A stretch of 63,934 bases of DNA, filler included, from Ministeria vibrans ATCC 50519 (taxonomy: Eukaryota > Protista > Filasterea): the NCBI GenBank assembly GCA_943704425.1. It is 7 parts of 7 records of this genome, joined end to end, with 100 filler letters (N's around TTAATTAATTAA, not from the genome) between each part and the next. Parts side by side here need not be neighbours in the genome. Positions count along the whole stretch, not along the records: positions 26,945 to 53,427 come from CALSCP010001493.1; 6 more parts are not named here. The stretch is one strand, 5' to 3'. A program made the translations under genes and the position numbers. The notes below the pieces were generated by a model. The model had not been told where the DNA came from. It did no database searches and saw only the letters and a program-made list of their open reading frames with translations. This document shows, piece after piece, positions 31,155 through 40,940 of this stretch (positions are counted from its first letter, which is position 1; each line of letters opens with the position of its first letter).

Positions 31155-32979
31155 CTCGATTTGATTAAGAATCAGTGAAGGGTACGCCTGACGAAGGTGT
31201 TGGCGGATGGCGGGGAAGCAACCGTGAACGTTGAGGGCGGATGCATTCGAATTGGGCACAATGTGTGCGGCCATTTTGCGAATGAGATCAAAACTAACGT
31301 GACGACAGCGCGACAGAGAGATGCGCTGGAGCGAGGGACAGTGCAGAAGAATAAGTTCAAGGCAAGCATCGTCGACATGAATGCAGTCACTATCAACAGA
31401 GTTGAGGTTAGAATTAGAGTCAATGCGGGGAGGGGGCTAAGTGGGCACCTGAGGTCAATGGAGGTGAGTCGCGGGTAGAGGGCACTGAATATCGCATGGT
31501 AGCTCTCGGGTGAGCCGCGCATTGCCATTCCGCTAAGGTCAAGCTTCTCCAACACCCCACAATGGCCACTGAGTCCATGAAAACTAGTATTCAAAGAACA
31601 TTAATAAATTATTATTATTGATTAGTATGCAATCAGCTACACACACAGTCAACGCGCGTACCTGTCGGGAGAGATGGCAGTCCAACCAACACACAAATCG
31701 CGGACGGGTCGTGTTTCATACAGACGCGCAATGATTTCACCAGTCAGCTAAATGTGTTACAAAGTGGTCAGTTGCGTTGTGTTGTCAGAGGGATTATCAT
31801 TTGCGGCAGGGATGAGAGGCTGGGTTCCAATGTAGTAAGGGATAAGGATGTCACTAAAGTTAGGGTTCGGGTACGAAACAAACACACACAATGCCACGTA
31901 CACCATCGCATAGCTTGGCATAGAGAGAGACAAGAAGCGGACAGGCTTCAACAAGCACGCTGAAGGCATGGGTGTTGATCTGCAGACACCCTTCGACATT
32001 AAGATGGGTCAGATTAGGCGCACCACTCACGAGCGCACAAAAGATTGATGTGTCATCAATCAACGTGTTAGACAGATTCAGCGTGGTCAGTCCAACAGCC
32101 TACATGTACACCACACCAACACACATACATAAAAATAAAATATGAGATTGAAATACGGACAGGCCTTCGATTGCGTACGCGAAAGCTGATGGGTTGGTCG
32201 GGTGAAGAGAGCAATTTGCCACCGGAATAGGAAAGGCAGCGAACACGACGAAGTAATAAAGTGTTGAGACGCATGGCACTGACCTGGCGCACCTTGCGCG
32301 ACTTGATGTCGACGGTGCGCCAGAGTGTTGCGTCGTACGCAACATTGCGCCAGCGCCGACACACTCCCGCGCACTTTTCCAGTTGCGCCTTGGTGAGAAA
32401 GGTGAAGATGCGGACGAGAAGTTCGTCGGGGAAGAACATGAGACGGCCCGGCCGTGTCTGGTCAGCAGTCCCTCTTGAGTCTGAAACACCAGAGAGTCGT
32501 CAATCAACACACAAAGACACACAAAAGAAGAAGAAGAAGAAGTCACCGGAATGAGAGAGCACACGCCGCACGGGAGGCGGCAGCATGGCAAGCGACTGAG
32601 CGGCCGACAGGGAGACGGAGCGGCTGAGCAGCCTGGGCGTCGTTTCGGCGTCGTCTTCGGCATCCAGTTCTGCTTCGTTGGACTCGGCACAGTCCCATTC
32701 GGTGACGGCCCCTGCGTCGAATCCAGCGTCTAGCAGCTCCGCTTGCGACGCAGCACTGACTGTTGCTGGGCTCTGCCGCCGGTCCACCGCGTCGCGCGCG
32801 CGCTCGCCCTCGTGGCGCAGCACAGCAGGCGGATTTGCTTCGTCGACAACCGACAAGGCGTTTTTGCCGCGCAATTCCGACCCAGTCGAAGCGGCGGCAG
32901 ACTGGCTCGGGCGCTTCCTGTATGTGCAGCAGACGTTAGTAGCGTGTGGGCCAAAGCAAATGCGAACATACGCGCTCAT
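31143..32979 (-). CDS. SKP2: F-box/LRR protein, SKP2-like (multi-exon)
   Basis: F-box FFPDELLVRIFTFL...AGVCRRWRNVAYDATLWRTVDI; LRRs LTHLNVEGC and LEKLDLSG; SKP2-like C-terminus SLSRC...LNVHGC...LRQAYPSLILN. Confidence 0.75.
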
Positions 32980-33357
32980 TCTTGTGGGCGTTTGAATTGC
33001 GCGCCGAAAAAGAGTAAATCGAAAAAAAAAGTCGAAAGTCGATTATTATTATTATTATTATTAGTTTTAATCGAATTATTTTCCTTAGGGACACCTGAGA
33101 GTGACTGAGTGATCCCGGCAGCGAGCACCTCATGTCCTATGCCTCATGACTCATGACTGTCTGACAGTCTGACTGCAGACTGACTAACAGCCAAGTGAGC
33201 CAACAGAATTAAGGATTTACTGTATTTTAAACTTTTTAGTAAGAGGAAATTTTCTATTTCTGTTTCGGATCACCGATCGCGATCCGAATCGCCAATCGGA
33301 CATTGCCCCATCGGCATTATTTTCTTTTCTTTCGTCCTCCACCCTACGTCTGCCACA

Positions 33358-36300
33358 ATGTCACGAGTAAGCCTGGGTGTGCGCTGCCTCCCCTCCCCCC
33401 CCTCTGACCTGATTCTCCGTCGTCTAGGTTGTCCGATTCGATCCCAACAATGATCCGGCGTTGCGTCACTACAAAATTGGCAAAACACGTAAGATTGGCG
33501 CCGCTCCAACACCCACGCCCGTCCCCACACCACCCCAACGACACCCTGATCCTGCCTTCGAGTCGTCGCACACACGCACACTCTCATACACACTCACACA
33601 CACTCACTCACATAAAAAAGACATCACTCAATGTGACTCTTCAACTCAATCCACACTCCCCGCCGCCCCCTCCTCCGATCGCACATGCTCTCTAACCCTC
33701 CCTCTCTCCCATCCAGTGGGCGAAGGGTCCTTTGCCAAGGTCAAACTCGCCACTCACATTCTCACGCAGAAAAAGGTAACTTGCCATGTCATCTTTTGGC
33801 TCTCTCGCTTCTCCGCTGTCCGATTTCCCCCGGCGTTGCCTTACCCCCTGTGTTTTTGCCACGTCTATCGCTGTGCTGCGTGTGTGCGCCTCAGCACTGT
33901 CTCTCTTATTTTTCATACGTCATTCGATTTTTTTTTTTGTCGTTTTTTGCTCTTGATCACTCTATTGAGAGCACCCGTCCATGTGAGCATGCGTGCCCAT
34001 GCCTCTTGCGCCGGCCGCGGTGCTGTTTCGGTGCGCGCAAAGGGCCCGTGAGGGCTCTTCTGTCGCTTATCTCAAGTTCCTCCCTCGCCGCTCTCCTGCG
34101 GCCCCCCCGCGACGCTGCTTGGCGTCCCCTGTTGCCTTGACGTCTACCACGGATTGCCTCGTCGAGGAGTTCCATGTCTCGTTGCGCTTCGCTCACTTTT
34201 TTTGGTTCTTTTTTTTTATTGTGCGTAGGTCGCATTGAAGATTCTCGACAAATTGGCCATCACCGACAAATATGTGTTAAAAAACATGCATCGCGAGGCG
34301 GAAATCATGCAGCGGTTGAACCATCCCAATATTGCAAAGATTTACGAGGTGATTGAGACGCCCGATCGCTACATTTTGGTGATTGAGCACTGTGGCGGTG
34401 GCGAAATGCTCGACTATATCATTACGCGCGATCGCCTGCATGAACGCGAGGCGCGCCGTTTTGTGCGACAAATTGCGTCGGCCCTCAACCACATGCACCA
34501 GAAGGGCGTGACCCACCGCGACATGAAGCCCGAGAACTTGCTGCTTGACGAACAGCTTAACGTCAAACTCATCGACTTTGGCTTGTCCAACATGTTTGAG
34601 GGCGAACAGCACAACTTGACGACACGCTGCGGCTCGTTCGAGTACAGCGCGCCCGAGCTCATTGGCGCCAAGCCCTACTTTGGGCCCGAAGTCGACTACT
34701 ACACCATGGGCGTCAACCTGTACGCCATGCTGACGGGCGAACTGCCCTTCCAGAGCGACAACATCTCAGTCGTCTACCGCCTCCAGCTCCGCGAGGAGTT
34801 CCCCATTCCTTTCTACCTTACAAACGGTAATCACACAAATAACAACAAGAAAAAAGAGGAACAACCACAAAAAGAGAGCCATGAGTGTGCCTCTTGTGAT
34901 CCTCTCGTGTCGCTTCGGGCGTTTTTGCCACTGTCCATTAAACAAAATTGTGTGTATTGTTTTGATCGTACAGATTGCCAGAACCTGATCAGACGGATGC
35001 TCAAGGCTGACCCACGCAAGCGAATTACGCCACAAGAGCTGGCGGAACACCCGTGGATCGTGGCGGGGGGCGGTGTGCTGGTGCCGCACGTCGAAGACGG
35101 GTACTTGGACACGGTGGACGAGGACGTTGCACAGGCTATGCTGGCCATGAATATGGCTGAGTCGATGGAACAGATCACCCAGTCGGTCCTCGAGCGCCGT
35201 CTTGACAAGACTTTTGCCACCTACCGCTTGCTCTACCCCGACATCCAGCGGGCGCGTCTGGAAATGGCGCACAGCGAAGAAGTGTCCATGTCGCCCGCCC
35301 TCCAAACGACTCGTCCCGTCTGGGCCGGCGCCATCCCCAACTACGACGAGCGCTGTGCGGCCGCCACCAGTGGCCCCGCACCCGTGCCCGCCATGAAGAA
35401 GGCGTACACAGTGGGCGTTGACCGCCACCAGATGAACCTCGACACGCCCGCCGAAGCACTTCCTGTCTTCTCGCTGGGACTTGAGCAGCACACCACGAAC
35501 GAATCGGCCGGCATGGAGGCTCTCAAGGCCGCCCAGGCTGCTGCCGCCGCTGCCGAGCAGCAGCAGCAGCACATGCTTGTGGCTGCTGCCGAGGCTGCGG
35601 CCGCCGAGAGTGGCGGTGGCATTGCCATGGCTGTGTCTGAGGTGGAGCAGGAGCAAGCGCACATAATGGACATGGAATCAGATGTGGCAGTCGCCGCCAC
35701 GCCCGCCGACGCAACTACTGGCGACGATGGGCCGCCGCAGTTTTCCATGCTGGGTGGAGCTATGCTGGGCGACGGTGCGGCAGGCGGGACCCTGGGCGAG
35801 GGTCTGTCGTTTGGCCTCGAGGGCGGTCTGGGCGCCGTCGGTGGCTTTGGCTTTGGCAACAGTGTGCCGGTGGAGGCGGAGGAGGCCGAGCCGCGTGGAC
35901 TGATGGAGATGGCGCGCGAGAAGGAAAAGCAGGACAATGAGATGCAGCAGCAGCAGCAGCAAATGACCTCATCCGGCTCATCGCCAAACGGCAGCTCGTC
36001 GCCGGCCTCTGGCCCGGGCAACGGCACCGCTCGCAAGGGCAAGACGGGTCTGTTCAGCAACCTGCTCGACAAGATGCCAGGTGGCATTGCGCGCGTCATG
36101 GGCATGAAGCGCGCCGCCACCATTGAGGTGGACTTCTCCAGCCGTGTGTTGCCCATCGATCGCGGACGCTTTGACGCGGCGCAGAACCAGCAGCAAAGCA
36201 TGCAAGGGATGGACAGCGGCGAGTCGAGTGCGCGCAACTCGCCGACGCTTGACGAATCGGCGGCCGCTGCGTCGGGCAAGTCCAAGCGCAACAAGAAGGA

Positions 36301-36619
36301 GAAGAAAGAGAAGGGTCCCACGCAGAAGTTGCAGTCGGCGCGTTTTGCCCTCTCCTGCCAGACCATCTCGGCGGAGAAGCCTGCAGTGATCCTGGACGCA
36401 GTCAAGGCAGCGCTCGCCAGCAACGACGTCGCGTTCTCGCCCGTCGCCGACAACGAGTTCATGTTGTCGTGCACAGACAAACGCATGCGCTTCGAGGTCG
36501 AGGTATGTAAGATTCCCGGCCTGCGCGACATGAACGGTGTGCGATTCAACCGCATTGCTGGAGAGATGTGGTACTACAAGGACCGCAGTCGCAAGATTGT
36601 CAACTCGATGAAGCTGTGA
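33358..36619 (+). CDS. CAMKL-family (MARK/HUNK/MELK-like) Ser/Thr kinase with UBA-like and C-terminal KA1 domains, 5 exons
   Basis: YKIGKTLGEGSFAKVKLATH, VALKILDK, HRDMKPENLLLD, DFGLSN and TRCGSFEYSAPE; KA1 RFEVEVCKIPGLRDMNGVRFNRIAGEMWYYK. Confidence 0.93.
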
Positions 36620-36776
36620 GACGACTCCACAGTGTGTCACTGAGAGAGTCTAGAGGGTTGGAGAGGAGAGTTTTCTCATTACAATAAATGAACAAATCAT
36701 AATAATAATAATAGAAATTTAATATAAATGAAATGAATAACATTCAATACAGAAAAATACAGAAACGAGCAAATAA

Positions 36777-37285
36777 TCACTCTTGCAGAGAGTCCGTGTC
36801 CATTGGCGTCTTGGCGCTCGGCTGCAGCATTGTCGTAGTGGTGCTTGATCTACTCCCAGCGCGCTCCATCCAAGTCATCTGTCAATCATACAATTATAAG
36901 AAAACATACGAATCAATAACATATTTAATTTAGAATTCGCAACTTTTCCTCTGGAGAAAACACACAATGAATGCAACTGACCCACTTCTCGGCAACCGAC
37001 ATCATGGACGCCTGCATGCGCTGCACCTCGTGGACGTTGCTCACCAGCTGCTTCACTTCGTTCTGTAGCGTCGCAACGTTCGTTTGAACCTCTACTAAGA
37101 CAAGTTGATCAAGTGAGAATGCGAAGAACACGCTATGTCGCCCATGCGAGCATGCGACGCACCCAGCATCGCTGTGGGGCGTGATGGTGGGTGGGTGGGA
37201 GAGCGCGGAGAGGCGAGCGGATAAGACAGGAGGAGAGAAAAAGAGGATTGTGTGTTGAGATCGTACCCGCGACAGCACGTTCCAT
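36777..37285 (-). CDS. Small spliced coiled-coil protein (possible DASH/Dam1-complex Dad1/Dad4-like subunit)
   Basis: Exon EVQTNVATLQNEVKQLVSNVHEVQRMQASMMSVAEKW is bounded by AG/GT and continues MTWMER...DSLQE*; family assignment rests on heptad pattern only. Confidence 0.45.
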
Positions 37286-37530
37286 ACCAACAGACTCTGA
37301 AGAGTGGAGTGAGACGTGACAACAGCGAGAGAGGGCCAGAGGGGCGGGGAAAATGAGTTGCGATTAACTATTATGATTGATCAGTTTGATCTTGATTGTG
37401 AAATGTGAATACACAACACAATTGTGACATGCACACCATCTCTACTTTTTGACTACCAACATCACAGATCACATAAAAAAGTAAAGACCCGCTTGAATGG
37501 CGCGTGTAATAGGTAGCGACTTAATATTAT

Positions 37531-40500
37531 TTACTTTTTACTTTCGAGAACATGAAGGGCACCTTTCGCATTGTGAGACCCCGAGGCTTCCATTGCAGAC
37601 AAGAGAGGAAGAGCACCTGCGCGTGCAATCGTCACTTTGTTGTCAGTGTTGACGGCCAGGTTCCACAGCGCACCCACCGCATTCTCCTTGGCAGTGTCAG
37701 TTCCACCGCGCAACACAGCAATCAGTGGCTCAATCGCACCTGCGCGTGCAATCGTCACTTTGTTGTCAGTGTTGTTGGCCAGGTTCCACAGCGCACCCGC
37801 CGCATTCTCCTTGGCAGTGTCAGTTCCACCGCGCAACACAGCAATCAGTGGCTCAATCGCACCTGCGCGTGCAATCGTCACTTCGTTGTCGGTGTTGACG
37901 GCCAGGCTCCACAGCGCAGCCGCCGCATTCTCCTTGGCAGTGTCAGTTCCACTGCGCAACACAGCAATCAGTGGCTCAATCGCACCTGCGCGTGCAATCG
38001 TCACTTTGTTGTCGGTGTTGACGGCCAGGCTCCACAGCGCACACGCCGCATTCTCCTTGGCAGTGTCAGTTCCACTGCGCAACACAGCAATCAGTGGCTC
38101 AATCGCACCTGCGCGTGCAATCGTCACTTTGTTGTCGGTGTTGAGGGCCAGGTTCGCCAGCGCAGCCGCCGCATTCTCCTTGGCAGTGTCAGTTCCACTG
38201 CGCAACACAGCAATCAGTGGCTCAATCGCACCTGCGCGTGCAATCGTCACTTGGTTGTCACTGTTGTTGGCCAGGTTCCGCAGCGCACACGCCGCATTCT
38301 CCTTGGCAGTGTCAGTTCCACTGCGCAACACAGCAATCAGTGGCTCAATCGCACCTGCGCGTGCAATCGTCACTTGATTGTCAGTGTTGTTGGCCAGGTT
38401 CCACAGCGCACCCGCCGCATTCTCCTTGGCAGTGTCAGTTCCACCGCGCAACACAGCAATCAGTGGCTCAATCGCACCTGCGCGTGCAATCGTCACTTCG
38501 TTGTCGGTGTTGACGGCCAGGCTCCACAGCGCAGCCGCCGCATTCTCCTTGGCAGTGTCAGTTCCACTGCGCAACACAGCAATCAGTGGCTCAATCGCAC
38601 CTGCGCGTGCAATCGTCACTTTGTTGTCGGTGTTGAGGGCCAGGTTCGCCAGCGCAGCCGCCGCATTCTCCTTGGCAGTGTCAGTTCCACTGCGCAACAC
38701 AGCAATCAGTGGCTCAATCGCACCTGCGCGTGCAATCGTCACTTGGTTGTCACTGTTGTTGGCCAGGTTCCGCAGCGCACACGCCGCATTCTCCTTGGCA
38801 GTGTCAGTTCCACTGCGCAACACAGCAATCAGTGGCTCAATCGCACCTGCGCGTGCAATCGTCACTTGANNNNNNNNNNNNNNNNNNNNNNNNNNNNNNN
38901 NTGGCCAGGTTCCGCAGCGCACACGCCGCATTCTCCTTGGCAGTGTCAGTTCCACTGCGCAACACAGCAATCAGTGGCTCAATCGCACCTGCGCGTGCAA
39001 TCGTCACTTGGTTGTCGGTGTTGAGGGCCAGGTTCCGCAGCGCACACGCCGCATTCTCCTTGGCAGTGTCAGTTCCACTGCGCAACACAGCAATCAGTGG
39101 CTCAATCGCACCTGCGCGTGCAATCGTCACTTTGTTCTCGGTGTTGACGGCCAGGTTCGCCAGCGCACCCGCCGCATTCTCCTTGGCAGTGTCAGTTCCA
39201 CCGCGCACCTCACTGATAATCAACGTCAGTTCTTGCTCGGACACGTTCGTCTTCATCGCTTCCGCCACCGACAGAGTTGCCAGTCTTTTCATTAAACCAA
39301 TCAGCTCTGCACAACCCCAAAACGCAAATCAGATTCATTGATTACTCAATCACTTACCAGCGCTAACAGGAACTACGCCAGGATTGACACCGTTTGACGA
39401 TGCAACAACTACCTCTCCACTGACTGGCTTGCTCGCAACAGACCCTAAAAGAAAACGGATACATCAACAGACTAATTTCGCTCTCCATTTGCTCACCCAT
39501 CATCTGCAGTGCCATCTCATCGCATGACGGACGCGCTTCTGGCTTGACTGCAAGACACGCTCGCGCCAACTCCCGCACATCCAACGGCAGCAGTGCAAAG
39601 TCCACTGGTGGAGAGTGCTCGCGCATGGCCGCTCTCGCCTGCTCGTCGCTCATTCCGTCAAACGGTCGCTTTCCGCTGAACAGCTCGCACACAATCACGC
39701 CCAGTGAGTACACATCTCCCGCCCGCGAGTACACCGCCTGTGTCCCGACAACCAGCTCGGGCGCCATATAGCGCATTGTGCCCGCTCCTCCCTTGGCCGT
39801 CGACTCGGAACGGTACTTGCTGCCCTCTTTGGCGCGCGCCAGACCAAAGTCAACAATAATCGGGTCAATGCTGCTCTCCGTCAGAAACATAATGTTGCTC
39901 GGCTTGAGGTCACGGTGGATAATGGGGTTGAGCTGGTCGAGGTGCAGGTAGCGAAGTGCGCCGACAATGCAACGCAGAATGTGTCGCTGAACGCTGTCCG
40001 TGAGCGCTTGTGTGTGGATGCGCTTGTCGAGACCGCCGCCTTGCAGTTGCGCCATCACCAATCGTAGACGCACACCTCCGTTGGCGTTCGTCTTGGTTGC
40101 GTACCCGATCATGCGAATGACGCCCTTGTGCGAGAGGGGTCCGACCATCTCGACTTCGCGACGCACACTCTCAATGGTCTCCGTCGCACCAAGCACAATC
40201 TGCTTCACGGCGACCGGCTCAGCGTCCAGCGTACCCGCGTACACAACACCAAACGACCCGCGCCCCAGCTCAACCTCTTCGTCGTCGTCGTCCTTGCATA
40301 TCTTGATGTCGCGCCAAGGAATTTCCCATTTCTCCGACACGGAAAATTGGCTCACATCCACCGACGGCCGCAGTTGCTTGAGTGTAGCGCTGATGTTGCG
40401 CATGTCCTCCTCGTGAGCCTTTGCCATGGCTGCCCGCTCGGCTGCTGCGCTGTTGGCCAGCTCAATGTGGAGATCGTTGACGGCCGTTGACAAGTGTTCG

Positions 40501-40790
40501 GTAACGACGCAAAACGCTGTCTGAAAGGTACCGCCACGCACAAGACGTCCGAACAGGCTCTTCTCGTTGTGTTCCGTGATGATCTGCAGGGAAGCCTCGA
40601 GCGCACAGTGCAGGCGGCCCAGCAAGAGTCCTTCCGTGTGTTTGCTTCGTTGCTTTTTCAGCGCTTCTGAAATCGCGTCGACGCGTGCAGAGAGCGCCCG
40701 GCACTGCGCCGCATTGCCTTTGACCGTTTCGAGTGCCTGGTGGATCGCTTGGGCAATCTTAAAAATGGCCGAGAGTGCTTGTTCAGCCAT
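37531..40790 (-). CDS. MLKL-like four-helix-bundle + Ser/Thr (TKL/RIPK-like) kinase + armadillo-repeat protein, 3 exons
   Basis: N-terminus IFKIAQAIHQALETVKGNAAQCRALSARV...LGRLHCALEASLQIITEH...FGRLVRG...F...L resembles the MLKL N-terminal domain. Kinase motifs LGRGSFGVVY, VAVK, HRDLKPSNIM, DFG and GTMRYMAPE are intact. GT-AG introns 39445-39496 and 39307-39357 join the kinase in frame to the ARM array. Confidence 0.9.
37613..39207 (-). repeat. Coding tandem array of 123-bp (41-aa) armadillo repeats, at least 13 units, interrupted by a 32-N gap
   Basis: Unit AKENAAxALxxLAxNxDNxVTIARAGAIEPLIAVLR[S/G]GTDT, near-identical at DNA level. Confidence 0.97.
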
Positions 40791-40940
40791 AAGGAATTAA
40801 AGGAAAAAATAAATTGATTTTTCCTGAAAAAAAATTATAATTATTCTAATAAATTTATTATTAATAATAATAATAATAATAATAATTATTAGTATTATTA
40901 TTATTCTTAATAATAATTCCTTAAAACTTATTTTACGCCT

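Noticed and set aside
38870-38901. Frameshift suggesting the kinase-ARM gene is a pseudogene
   Set aside because: The frame change coincides with an estimated-length N gap inside a tandem array; both flanks are intact.
37552-39341. Long plus-strand repetitive ORFs (490, 246 and 210 aa)
   Set aside because: Antisense shadows of the ARM-repeat coding array.
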